DNA of 64,000 bases from an uncultured Nitrospiraceae bacterium (GTDB lineage: Bacteria; Nitrospirota; Nitrospiria; Nitrospirales; Nitrospiraceae), in NCBI GenBank assembly GCA_963730935.1, contig CAVSTP010000002.1, positions 256,001 through 320,000 on the forward strand. The letters are read 5' to 3'. This document shows, piece after piece, positions 1-9,584 of this stretch. The position numbers and the translations under genes are program-made. Below the pieces are notes generated by a model, which searched no databases, had not been told where the DNA came from, and worked only from the letters and a program-made list of their open reading frames with translations. Position 1 is the stretch's first letter; every line of letters starts with the position of its first letter.

Positions 1-456
1 GCCAAATGGCTGGGCATTGAGACCGGTCTCTCGTACACGACCCCGCACATCAAGGAAGGTTCGATTACGTTCACCGGACCGGGAGGTTCGCTGAATTCCG
101 GTATGCTGCCAGGGGTCCATCAGCAAATGATCATTTGGGAAGTGGCGACCTTGATGATGCGCTACCCCGGCAATCGTCTCCAGCCCTATGTCGGCGTCGG
201 TCCAGCGCTCTTTTTCGGCAGCTTGAAAGGTCCGACCGCTCCTCCGGGACAGTCCGCCACATCGATCGGGTTCAATGCGGAAGCCGGTGTGCGCTACTTC
301 CTGACGCGCCATTGGGCTCTCTTCGGAGAAGGGACGTATAACCGGGCGAGAATGTCGTACACCTCCAACGACAGCAACTCGAATGCCGACCCGTTCGGAT
401 TCCGTGCCACGTACAGCGCCTTCACGTTGAATCTTGGCGTGAGTTACCATTTCTAG
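1..456 (+). CDS. Outer-membrane beta-barrel protein, C-terminal part (begins before the window)
   Basis: PYVGVG motif, alternating beta-strand pattern, C-terminal aromatic end (LGVSYHF); the frame appears open upstream of the ORF-track start. Confidence 0.75.
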   Translation, partial: AKWLGIETGLSYTTPHIKEGSITFTGPGGSLNSGMLPGVHQQMIIWEVATLMMRYPGNRLQPYVGVGPALFFGSLKGPTAPPGQSATSIGFNAEAGVRYFLTRHWALFGEGTYNRARMSYTSNDSNSNADPFGFRATYSAFTLNLGVSYHF

Positions 457-516
457 CGCGCTGTCTCTTCGCCGGCTCTAGCAAAGACTCTCCGTTCCGT
501 GTAGCCTGGACGGGGT

Positions 517-867
517 ATGAAGCCCTGCCCCAGGTGCCGTAAAGACCTGCCCGAGATCTACCGCTACTGCACAGAATGCGGCAATCCGCTCGACGCCTCA
601 GTCGTCCCGAGCAGCCCGAAAATTGCCCTGTCTCCGGAAGCGCTCAACCTCCAGGTGCTCTACGGCATGGTGGCCGTTCTCGTCCTTGCGCTTCTGTTCC
701 CACCGTGGGAAACGCCGCCGACACAGGCGCCGGAGTTTCTGGGACTGCATTTTATCCTGATACCTCCGACGCCCGACGCCGTGGTGAGCCGGGTTCTGAT
801 GACCATCGAACTCGTCACCATCGCCATCGCCGGCCTCTACGGTGCGTTTCTGTTCAGACAACGGTAG
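517..867 (+). CDS. Zinc-ribbon membrane protein
   Basis: CPRC...CTEC double zinc ribbon followed by two hydrophobic segments. Confidence 0.7.
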   Translation: MKPCPRCRKDLPEIYRYCTECGNPLDASVVPSSPKIALSPEALNLQVLYGMVAVLVLALLFPPWETPPTQAPEFLGLHFILIPPTPDAVVSRVLMTIELVTIAIAGLYGAFLFRQR

Positions 868-921
868 CGGTGTTAACCGGAGAGCTGGAAGGAGAGAAAC
901 CACCATCAGACGTTGGATTGC

Positions 922-1722
922 TCAATCCAACGCTAAGGTCAGGCACTTCGCGGAACCTCCCGATTTCATGAATTCATTCAAGGGAACCTCGTGCGGCTCA
1001 TAGCCGCGGGCGTCCAACCATTTCATGGTCTCCGGACAGCCGGACGGCAGCACGACGTGCTTTCCCACGCAGACCGCGTTGGAGGCGAATTTAAGTGCTT
1101 CCGGTTCGGGCACCGCGAACCGACGGCTGGCCGGAATGCGTTCCGCAATGGCCGAGTGTGCGTATTGGTCAAATGCGGCGGGATAGTACAGCAGGTCTCC
1201 TCCGCTTAGGGGACAGAAGCATGTATCCAGATGGTAAAACCGGCCGTCGACGAGCTCCAGGGGAAGAATCTCCCGTTCGAATATCTCGCTCAGAATCGGA
1301 AACGCGCGGAATTCCGACCGTTGCCTGTAGCCGCCGAACCAACCATCAGCAAAGCCGAGGAGATCGCCTGCACCTTCGAAATACATGTCCGCCTCGAGCA
1401 TCACGATTTCGTAGCCATGCTCTCGAAACCACCCTTCGAAATGCGCCTCTTCGCGTTGCCGCTCGGCATGGCGAAAGCGGCTGGGGACGGCCCTGCGGCC
1501 GACCACAACACCGGCGTTGGCAGTGAACACCAGGTCCGGCAGTCCTGGAACAGGCGTCATCCGTTCAAGCACGGCACCCGCGTCGCGTTCAAGCACCTCC
1601 ATTAACCCGTGCCACTGCCGCACCGCCGCTTGCGGGTCCACCATGTTGGACCGGCGCATCCATGGATTGATTTCGTAGTCGATGCTGAAGTAATCGGGCG
1701 GGCACACCAACAACCGGCTCAT
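922..1722 (-). CDS. Amidinotransferase-superfamily enzyme (arginine dihydrolase ArgZ/AgrE N-domain-like)
   Basis: LVCPPDYFSIDYEINPWM, PDLVFTANAG, FEGAGD, FYHLDTCFCPL, GGSAKCL (Glu/His/Cys catalytic motifs). Confidence 0.85.
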   Translation of the reverse strand: MSRLLVCPPDYFSIDYEINPWMRRSNMVDPQAAVRQWHGLMEVLERDAGAVLERMTPVPGLPDLVFTANAGVVVGRRAVPSRFRHAERQREEAHFEGWFREHGYEIVMLEADMYFEGAGDLLGFADGWFGGYRQRSEFRAFPILSEIFEREILPLELVDGRFYHLDTCFCPLSGGDLLYYPAAFDQYAHSAIAERIPASRRFAVPEPEALKFASNAVCVGKHVVLPSGCPETMKWLDARGYEPHEVPLNEFMKSGGSAKCLTLALD

Positions 1723-1725
1723 CGC

Positions 1726-2967
1726 TCAACCCTTCCAACCGAGCTCTCTTGCGACATCCCGCAAGAAGGACGCGGCGTCCATGACGAGCCCTACGGCTTG
1801 AAAGCTGCCTCTGTCCGCCAGCTTGGTCGGTACAGCGGGATTGACATCGACACACACCGTCGGGATCGTCGCGGGCAGCAGATTGCCGGTGGCCACGGCA
1901 TGAAGGGTGGAGGCCACCAGCAATGCCAAGCCGACGCCCGGAATGGCCGCGCGCATTGCAGCCTGCGCCGTAACCGAATCGGTGATGACGCCGGGCAGCG
2001 GCCCGTCGTCACGAATCGTCCCTGCCATGACGACATGCACGCCACGCCTGACGCATGACGCCATGATGCCCTGCTTGATCACCCCGGTCTCCACCGCTTT
2101 CTCGATGCTCCCGATGCCGCGCACCCGATTGATGGTTCGCAGATGATGCTCATGGCCATGTGCCACGACTCTTCCGGCCGACAAACCATAGCCCAAGGAA
2201 GTCCCATAGAGATCCGCCTCCATGTCGTGCGCGGCCAGCGCGTTTCCGCAGAACAGCACATGCACGAGTCCTTCTTCGATGAGCCATGTCAAGGCATCAC
2301 GCCCTCCCGCGTGGATGATCGCCGGCCCTCCAGCTACCAGCACCTTGCATCCGTCCTTGCCGGCCCGATGCCCCTCGCGCAGCTGCTGCATGCGTTTCGC
2401 CACATCGGCGATGATGTGACCGTGGGGCCGCTCGGCCGACACCTGCGACTCCATGAAGCTGAAGACGTCGCGCTCCTCGGGCCGCCGCAGAGGAGTCACT
2501 CGGATGCCGCTGCGCCCGATCACCACGGCATCACCGCGCATGACGCCGGCCATCGGCACTGTGCGTGCACGGGATCTCTTCTGGTCCACGACGATGCCGA
2601 GATCCATCTCCATCCCTTCGACGTCGATCCATTGACCCGCGAGCCTCACCTGAGTGGGCAAATGCGTGGTCGCATAAAAATCCTCGGGAAATACGCCATC
2701 GGCGGGTGCCGCCCGATACTGACAATCGGATTCGCCTTCTACCGAGGCACCGTGCGGCTGAATGGCCCGAAGGATGTCAGAGAGCAGCTTCGCGGACTTG
2801 GCTCGAACCACAATGCGTGCCCGGGAAGCTTCGTTGCGCGTTTTTCCGATCGAGACTTCTTCGAGATCGAAGGTCCCTCCTGTCATGAGGATGGTATCTA
2901 ACACCTTCGCCAAGATGAGCGAATCGATGATGTGACCGCTGAGTACGACGGTTTCTTGGGCGGCCAT
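1726..2967 (-). CDS. TIGR00300-family LOR/SDH-region protein (ornithine cyclodeaminase-like, AgrE C-part)
   Basis: GHIIDS, APADGVFPEDFYATT, FSFMESQVSAERP, GGPAIIHAGG, GNALAAHDME, AGTIRDDGPLP, TKLADRGS; GGAG RBS before ATG 2967. Confidence 0.85.
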   Translation of the reverse strand: MAAQETVVLSGHIIDSLILAKVLDTILMTGGTFDLEEVSIGKTRNEASRARIVVRAKSAKLLSDILRAIQPHGASVEGESDCQYRAAPADGVFPEDFYATTHLPTQVRLAGQWIDVEGMEMDLGIVVDQKRSRARTVPMAGVMRGDAVVIGRSGIRVTPLRRPEERDVFSFMESQVSAERPHGHIIADVAKRMQQLREGHRAGKDGCKVLVAGGPAIIHAGGRDALTWLIEEGLVHVLFCGNALAAHDMEADLYGTSLGYGLSAGRVVAHGHEHHLRTINRVRGIGSIEKAVETGVIKQGIMASCVRRGVHVVMAGTIRDDGPLPGVITDSVTAQAAMRAAIPGVGLALLVASTLHAVATGNLLPATIPTVCVDVNPAVPTKLADRGSFQAVGLVMDAASFLRDVARELGWKG

Positions 2968-3043
2968 TGGCACACTCCGTTGTCTTGATTTTATCACGCG
3001 ACGGGAATCGCCGAGGTCATTGGGATTCGACGTCGTTGTCGCG

Positions 3044-4105
3044 TCAGCCCGCCTGGGGGGTTTTCATCAGTTCGCGCAGGACACTCGTGGCATAGGCGCC
3101 CGGAGGGAGGCTGAAGGCCAGCGTGAGCACCGACCCGTCGAGCATCCATTCACGTTCAACCAGCGGCACCCGGAGGGAGCGGCGCTCCCCCCGAAAACCG
3201 CAGGCTTTGGCCGCCTCAATCAAGTGCTCAGGCGTGGAGCCCTGTTCGATGACGACAGCTCTCTCAATCTCGCCCGGCTCGTCGGTGGCCCACGACACCC
3301 GCGACCCGAAGAGAATCCCGGTGGGGCTGATCTCGAACCGGTCGGCCCGCGGCTGCTCCTGGGCGGCATCCTGGACTGGGAAACAGGCACCGTTGTCCAT
3401 TTTCATGGCCCAATCGCCGGTGAGCATGCGATCGATGCGGTCGATCCGACGCGACAGCATCTGGTTAAACAGGTGCGATTGAAAGGTGTTGAGATACCAC
3501 ATCCGCTTGGCGCGGCTCATTGTCTCTCGTTGGGACCGGTCAGTGAGCAGCGCGGCGCCGACCTGATAGTTGTCTCCGGTTTTGCCTTGCCGCTGTGGGC
3601 CAAAATAGTTGGGGATGCCCCTGCGCGACAATTCGTCGAGAATCGCCGGTATGGCCTCTCCGGCTCCTGCGTTCACGTCGCGGATGACCAGTCGGAACCG
3701 GTTGCCGGCATGATGTCCGGGACGTAAGCGATTTCGATGGCGACCCAACACCTCGATAGCCAAAATCTGCTCGTCAAGTTTCAGCCGAGAAACCCGTTCA
3801 TCCGGGACGCCGTGAAGAGAGACGAGTTGCGTCGTCACTGCCCTGGCATCCTTGAGGCCCGCAGTGCCGATGCCTTGCACCTTGACGCCGAGGGTTGATG
3901 AAATCCGGCGAACCAGATCGGGCGTCGAGAGCAATCGCTTGGTCACCCTGAGATAGAGGTGTTCACCCTCACCGCAGGGCAGATACAGCGGACGCTCATC
4001 GACCCGGAAATCTTCCGGTTCGGAGCGAATCCGCCCGCCGATCCCCACGACGGCACGGGTCAGATACGGCAACTGGCTGGATGATCCGGTCCCGTCTGCT
4101 TCCAT
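3044..4105 (-). CDS. truD: tRNA pseudouridine(13) synthase
   Basis: PEDFRVDE, GEGEH, AGLKDARAVTTQ, GNRF, NYFGPQR, FSLPPGAYATSVLREL. Confidence 0.95.
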   Translation of the reverse strand: MEADGTGSSSQLPYLTRAVVGIGGRIRSEPEDFRVDERPLYLPCGEGEHLYLRVTKRLLSTPDLVRRISSTLGVKVQGIGTAGLKDARAVTTQLVSLHGVPDERVSRLKLDEQILAIEVLGRHRNRLRPGHHAGNRFRLVIRDVNAGAGEAIPAILDELSRRGIPNYFGPQRQGKTGDNYQVGAALLTDRSQRETMSRAKRMWYLNTFQSHLFNQMLSRRIDRIDRMLTGDWAMKMDNGACFPVQDAAQEQPRADRFEISPTGILFGSRVSWATDEPGEIERAVVIEQGSTPEHLIEAAKACGFRGERRSLRVPLVEREWMLDGSVLTLAFSLPPGAYATSVLRELMKTPQAG

Positions 4106-4117
4106 GGTATACTCGAG

Positions 4118-4747
4118 ATGATGCGTCCCCAGTCGGCCATACCGGCGGCAACCCTTGCTGTCTTCTTGTCCGTCCTCACGGAAGGTGAAGCGCGATCTGC
4201 GCTGATCGCCGACAACGACGTCTTCCCCACCTTTACTGGTTACATCGCCAAACAGGTCGGCATCGACAAGGAAGCGTTCGCACAGGCCAGCACCTGCCTG
4301 TCATGGTTCTATAAAGGCTCGAAGAAAGCGCCGCCAGCAGAGGCGCAAGGGATCGCATGGCACCTCCCCGTTCTTCTTCTCGAGCCTGGACGCGATTGCC
4401 CTCGCCAGTATCCCGGCGGCATGGAAACGGCACGGGATGACTTCGCGAGGAAGCAGGCCTTGTTGTCCGTAAGCCTGACCGTCTATGAATTCGCGTTGGT
4501 CGCCGACCACAACGACGATGATCAGTACAATGCCGCCGAACTCCGGGATTTATTTCAGTCGCTTTCGCTCACCTATGATGCCGCCACTCCGCCCCGCGCA
4601 GCTGGTGCGACTTTAACCGCCAGGTTCGATCAGTGGTACCGCTCCAGGAACCTGGAGGAAGTCATGCAGGGCATGAGCGCCCTTTATGAACAAGGGTATC
4701 GCATGACCCCACATGACCGGGCAGAACTCGATCGGGTCATGAAATGA
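4118..4747 (+). CDS. Exported hypothetical protein with an EF-hand-like loop
   Basis: Signal-like N-terminus; DHNDDDQYNAAE loop; ATGA overlap with the next gene. Confidence 0.6.
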   Translation: MMRPQSAIPAATLAVFLSVLTEGEARSALIADNDVFPTFTGYIAKQVGIDKEAFAQASTCLSWFYKGSKKAPPAEAQGIAWHLPVLLLEPGRDCPRQYPGGMETARDDFARKQALLSVSLTVYEFALVADHNDDDQYNAAELRDLFQSLSLTYDAATPPRAAGATLTARFDQWYRSRNLEEVMQGMSALYEQGYRMTPHDRAELDRVMK

Positions 4748-5601
4748 TCAGACGCATCTCCTCCTGGCCCGATCGAGTTCGTACGTACATTGGACATAGC
4801 CTCAGCGAGCCGTTCTATCGCTTTTTTCGTCTCTTCCCCCATTGGGAATTGGGCTTGGATCGGCACGAGATCACCTACCTGTACCACATGCATGGACCGC
4901 TTGCAGGCCGTCGAGCCATCCATCTCAGCGATCTTCACGTGGACCGGCATCAATCGCGGCATGACGAGGTCATTCGCTCGGTCCGCGACCTTCGGCCCGA
5001 TTGGATTTTCATCACCGGAGATCTGCTGAACGTGCCCGAGGGCGTGCCGCCTCTGTTCCAGTTTTTGGCACGCTTACGGGAGATTGCCCCAGTCTTCATC
5101 ACCCTGGGCAACCACGACCATTACAGCGGGGTGCCTATCTCGGAGTATGCCGAGCTGGCGGACCGGCATAAGATCACCTTGCTCGTGAATCAGAGCACGT
5201 TCATTCCTACCGGTACCGGCGAACTCGCGATCGTCGGCGTCGATGATCCCTCGCTTCACCGCGCCGATCTGCGATGCATTCCGCCGCCGGCACAGCACCG
5301 CTTTACGCTGCTCTTGGCTCATGCGCCCAACATCCTCGACATGCTGGGCAACGAGCATGCCGTCGACCTGATTCTGTGCGGTCACAGCCATGGCGGTCAA
5401 TGGCAGATTCCCGGAGTTCCGACCTTCTGGCTTCCGCCCGGCTGTCGCGGCCGCATCTCCGGACAGCATGGCAACGCTCGCCACCGGATGTATGTGAATC
5501 GCGGCCTCGGATGGTCTTTCCTGCCTTTTCGATGGAACTGCCTCCCGGAAATCGCCGTCATCACCTGGACCAACCAGCAGGTTCAGCACCCAGCCGCCTA
5601 A
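4744..5601 (+). CDS. Calcineurin-like metallophosphoesterase
   Basis: DLH, GD, GNHD, H, GHSHGGQ motifs. Confidence 0.9.
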   Translation: MIRRISSWPDRVRTYIGHSLSEPFYRFFRLFPHWELGLDRHEITYLYHMHGPLAGRRAIHLSDLHVDRHQSRHDEVIRSVRDLRPDWIFITGDLLNVPEGVPPLFQFLARLREIAPVFITLGNHDHYSGVPISEYAELADRHKITLLVNQSTFIPTGTGELAIVGVDDPSLHRADLRCIPPPAQHRFTLLLAHAPNILDMLGNEHAVDLILCGHSHGGQWQIPGVPTFWLPPGCRGRISGQHGNARHRMYVNRGLGWSFLPFRWNCLPEIAVITWTNQQVQHPAA

Positions 5602-5852
5602 CTCTTTTTCTTTCCTTCTCCTTCAGACGAGGAAGGCACGACTCCCAGGCGAACGGTCGAGTCCTGCGACTTGCGATGGGTGCATGGCCTTGCCGCTGCA
5701 GTCGCCACAGGCGATGGCGAGACGCACTGTTCGAAGGTCCGTTCGGACGAAGTCCGGGATGGACCGAGTTGCGGAGGCAAGCAGCGACAGGGCCGTGCGT
5801 TTCACCCATCGCTGAAGCAAGAACGGCCGTTCGCCTTGATCCGCTGCTCTAT

Positions 5853-6485
5853 TCACGCGCCCATCCGCTCCAGCGCTTCTTTCGCCCGACTCCTTACGGT
5901 CTGATCCCAATCTTCTTCCATCACCGTCACCAGGCGCGCTTTGGTTTCGATTGCCCGAAGGCGGCCGAGGGCGAGCGCCGCGCAGGAACGGACATAGGCA
6001 TGATCGTCCTCGAGGGCCTTGACGAGCAATGACACGACGCTCAAATCCTGTAACACTCCAAGATGGCTCGCTGCCATTCCCCGAAGGCGATGCTGTTTAT
6101 CGCCGACCGCCCGTTGCAACGTGGTGGCAAACAATTCTTTGAGGGCCGGCAGTTCAGACTCGAGGCCATCCAGGCGGTAGTTATTGACTTCGATCAATGC
6201 AAATGCGGTTTCCAATCGCTTATCCGAAGCGGTCTCCCGCGCAAAGCGCGCCAAGAGCATCTCGCGCCGGCGCAGGCGTTGTTGACGCCTTCGGACGGCA
6301 CGGACGATGAGCCACACGATGACCAGGCAGACCGCCGCGAGCAGCGCGATCGGAATCGCTTGGTCGATGAGGTAGTCCTGTGTGTCGAGCGACAGCCGTT
6401 TCCAAATCCACACGGCCGTAATGATAGTTCCGAACAAGATTGCGATCGCGGTTAAATTGGCCTGTCCCGAGGTGGGGTGCGTCAT
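5853..6485 (-). CDS. Membrane-anchored HEAT-repeat protein
   Basis: Two TM segments plus LEDDHAYVRSCAALALG and DWDQTVRSRAKEAL repeats; start inferred at 6485. Confidence 0.75.
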   Translation of the reverse strand: MTHPTSGQANLTAIAILFGTIITAVWIWKRLSLDTQDYLIDQAIPIALLAAVCLVIVWLIVRAVRRRQQRLRRREMLLARFARETASDKRLETAFALIEVNNYRLDGLESELPALKELFATTLQRAVGDKQHRLRGMAASHLGVLQDLSVVSLLVKALEDDHAYVRSCAALALGRLRAIETKARLVTVMEEDWDQTVRSRAKEALERMGA

Positions 6486-6576
6486 AGGGCCGGCATCATA
6501 GGAGTCCGTGGCGATTGCGTCAACGACGCCACCGGCTTGACGGTCGTACGTATTCGCTCTATTCTGCGACCTCTTC

Positions 6577-7041
6577 ATGGAACTGCCGCATCTGAAAGAC
6601 GATCCTCATCTCAAAGTACTCCGTCCCTTGGTGGAAGCCTACCTGGCCTTTTCCCGCATCGATAACCGCCATATCAGAGCGCTCCGCCTGACGCCGTCAC
6701 AGTTCGACGTCCTCGTGACGCTGGGCGACACGACCGGGCTGACCTGCTCGCAACTTTCATCCCAGACCCTCGTGACGAAAGGCACCTTGACCGGAGTCCT
6801 CGATCGGTTGGCGAGAAAGGGGCTGATTCGTCGAGAATCCGTCGTTGGCGACAAGCGCCGTACGAAGATCAGGTTGACGGAAAAGGGCCATGCCCTGTTT
6901 CAACAGGTCTTCGCAGCTCACATTGCGTTCATCCGGCCCTTTTTCGAACGGGCCCTCTCGCAGCAGGAGGTGGAGACCGCCCGGCGGTTGCTGATCCGGA
7001 TGCGCGACAGCTTTCAAGCAAGGGAGAACGGCCAAGGCTGA
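6577..7041 (+). CDS. MarR-family transcriptional regulator
   Basis: LTPSQFDVL, TKGTLTGVLDRLARKGLIRR, DKRRTKIRLTEKG. Confidence 0.9.
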   Translation: MELPHLKDDPHLKVLRPLVEAYLAFSRIDNRHIRALRLTPSQFDVLVTLGDTTGLTCSQLSSQTLVTKGTLTGVLDRLARKGLIRRESVVGDKRRTKIRLTEKGHALFQQVFAAHIAFIRPFFERALSQQEVETARRLLIRMRDSFQARENGQG

Positions 7042-7091
7042 GATCGCGCCGGGCGCGCCCGGCATCGGCAGATCTGAGCGGCAGCCACGCT

Positions 7092-7847
7092 ATGCGCCTT
7101 ACCATCCTTGGATCCGGCACGAATGTCCATCCGGCAAGGGCCGCCGCCGGCTATCTCGTTCACACCGACCAGGTCATGTTGCTGGATTTCGGCCCGCGCA
7201 CGCTGATGAATCTCGTCAAAACCGGCGTCAACCGGCATCGTATTACGCATATCCTGTTCTCGCACTACCACGCCGATCACTTTTCGGACTTCATTACATA
7301 CCTGTTCGACGAGATCATCTTCGCCAAGTTTGAAGGCATGTCCCGTCCGCCGTTGACCGTGATGGGGCCACCGGGGACCAGCCGTCTGTTCCGTACGATG
7401 TTCGGGTTGCTGCCCGGGTTTGATCAGGCGCCGTTCCCGGTCCGGTACCGTGACCTGGGGGATCGTGCCGTCCGCATCGGAGCCACGAAGATCATTCCCA
7501 CCACCGTGCTCCATGTGCCCGGCCTGCATTGTCTCGGCTACCGGGTGGAATACCAAGGAAGAGCGCTCGCCTACTCTGGCGATTCTCAATATTGCGCCCC
7601 GCTCGTGCGGCTCTGTGGGGATACGGATCTCGCCGTGCTGGACTGTTCGTTCCCGGCCAGCCGGCCAAATCCCGTGCACTTGCACGCTGGCCAGTGTGGA
7701 CAGGTGGCCCGTGAAGCCAGCGTGGGCCGCCTCGTCCTCTCGCATTTTTATCCGATTGCCGAGCGATACGATGTCAGGGCACAGGCAGGAGAGGCGTTCG
7801 ACGGGCCGATCACGAAGGCGAAGGATTTGCTTCGAATCGATCTCTGA
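7092..7847 (+). CDS. MBL-fold metallo-hydrolase (RNase Z-like)
   Basis: LTILGSG, SHYHADH, YSGDS, LVLSHFYP. Confidence 0.85.
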   Translation: MRLTILGSGTNVHPARAAAGYLVHTDQVMLLDFGPRTLMNLVKTGVNRHRITHILFSHYHADHFSDFITYLFDEIIFAKFEGMSRPPLTVMGPPGTSRLFRTMFGLLPGFDQAPFPVRYRDLGDRAVRIGATKIIPTTVLHVPGLHCLGYRVEYQGRALAYSGDSQYCAPLVRLCGDTDLAVLDCSFPASRPNPVHLHAGQCGQVAREASVGRLVLSHFYPIAERYDVRAQAGEAFDGPITKAKDLLRIDL

Positions 7848-7857
7848 TGGAGGCGGC

Positions 7858-8718
7858 TTACAATCCGCCTTCCTTGATCTCACAGCCCAGGATTTCCATG
7901 AACTTGGTCAGACGGGTTTGGCGAAGAGTATCGTCCAGCTTCGCATAGATCGCGAGGAGGTTCTTGAGCATACGCGAGAGGATTGCACGCACGGCGCTGT
8001 GCTGGAGATACCGTTCGTCGAAGCCGTACCCGGCTTCGGTCAAGAAGCGCTGGCAGTTCTTTTCGGTGAGCAGTGCGCCGCCGTTGAAGCAGTCGACGAA
8101 AATCTTGTAGCGGTCCGATTCATACTTGACGAGGAAGTGTCCCGGCATCCCGATGCCGTGCACGGGCAGGCGCAGGCGCTTGCCAATCAACAGATAGACG
8201 ATGGATAGGCTGATCGGAATTCCCGTACGCCGGTCGATGACGCGATTCAGATAGGTGTTTTCGACTTCATAGTAATTCTTGGTGTTGCCCTTGAACCCCT
8301 GCTCAGTAAACAAGTATCGGTTCAACGTCTTGACGGTTTCCTCGCCGGAGGCGCGCGGCCCGATGCGGTCACGCACTTCTTGCGCCATCTCGTCCAGTTG
8401 ACGGATATACGCGGACAGGTCCAGGGACGGATAGGCGTACCGCGCGATCAGAAAGGCGCAGTGCTCCAGATCCATGCGGTCCTCCGGCAACGCCGCTTGC
8501 GCGATCAGTTCATCTTCAAGCTTGCCTCCGCGGATTTCTTCGAGCACCGAGGCAATGCGTTCCGCCATTTCCGGCTGTTCGATTTCAGCTTCCTGAAGGA
8601 GGGGAACCGCCGAAGGACCGATATCGATCAATCGGCCGCTGATGGTCTGGACGATTTTTTCGTCCTCGTCGGCAAGGAGTCGGATCAGGGCGCGGATCTG
8701 ACTTTCTGGGATGACCAT
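7858..8718 (-). CDS. SirB1/transglutaminase-like domain protein
   Basis: GFKGNTKNYY, RRTGIPISLSIVY, GIGMPGHFLV. Confidence 0.85.
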   Translation of the reverse strand: MVIPESQIRALIRLLADEDEKIVQTISGRLIDIGPSAVPLLQEAEIEQPEMAERIASVLEEIRGGKLEDELIAQAALPEDRMDLEHCAFLIARYAYPSLDLSAYIRQLDEMAQEVRDRIGPRASGEETVKTLNRYLFTEQGFKGNTKNYYEVENTYLNRVIDRRTGIPISLSIVYLLIGKRLRLPVHGIGMPGHFLVKYESDRYKIFVDCFNGGALLTEKNCQRFLTEAGYGFDERYLQHSAVRAILSRMLKNLLAIYAKLDDTLRQTRLTKFMEILGCEIKEGGL

Positions 8719-8766
8719 CGTCTCTTCTTACCAGCCCAACCGCATGACGGTCAACGTGCCGCGGCC

Positions 8767-9546
8767 CTATCCCATGGCCCGGCGAAAGGCTTTGGCGCCG
8801 CCGTACAAACACAGCGCGTCGAACACGATCATCACCACCACGACCATCGCCAGATGCGGAAACGCCTCGCTCCAGCTGGACAGTATCAGCGGCCGCACCG
8901 CGTCGATCACCCAGGTCATCGGATTGAATTTCGCCAACAGGCTCATCCAGCCTGGCATGGCGTTCAATGGCACCAAGGCTGAGCTCAAGAATATCATTGG
9001 AAGCGAAAGAAAGCCCAGCACAGAGAAAAAATCCCCATGGCTCTTGACCGAGAACGCCATAGCCATCGAGATCGCCGTCAAGCCCACGCCGAACATCATG
9101 CCGATTATTAAGATTGCGGCGATGCCGAGTAAGCCGGTCGCAGGCTGTACACCGAAAAGAAAGGCCACAGCGAGGATGACCAACACTTGAAGCGAAGTAA
9201 TGGTCATGACGAAGATGAACCGACTCAAGATGACGGAGCTTCGATGGATCGGCGTCGACATGAGCCGCTCCAAAAAGCCGTTCTCCTTGTCGAACAACAA
9301 ATCCACGCCGCCGGCCAAGCCGTTATTGAGCACGGTCATGACCACGACGCCTGCCGCTAAGAAGCTGATGTAGTTGGGTGCCTGTGTCACCTGCGAATCG
9401 GCGGCGCGCTGGAAGAGATTGCCGAAAAAGATCAGCCAGAACAGCATGGGCTGGACTAGCGTGAAGAGCATGCTGAATTTCTCGCGGCTCAGCCGGCGCA
9501 CCCACCGCATCGTCAAGGCACTGATTTCCTGCCAATACTGGTTCAT
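8767..9546 (-). CDS. ABC-2 type exporter permease
   Basis: Multiple TM helices, DKENGFLERLMSTPI, MPGWM...NPMTW. Confidence 0.9.
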   Translation of the reverse strand: MNQYWQEISALTMRWVRRLSREKFSMLFTLVQPMLFWLIFFGNLFQRAADSQVTQAPNYISFLAAGVVVMTVLNNGLAGGVDLLFDKENGFLERLMSTPIHRSSVILSRFIFVMTITSLQVLVILAVAFLFGVQPATGLLGIAAILIIGMMFGVGLTAISMAMAFSVKSHGDFFSVLGFLSLPMIFLSSALVPLNAMPGWMSLLAKFNPMTWVIDAVRPLILSSWSEAFPHLAMVVVVMIVFDALCLYGGAKAFRRAMG

Positions 9547-9584
9547 GACGTTTACTCACCCAATGTTGGAATGTGTCTCATAGC

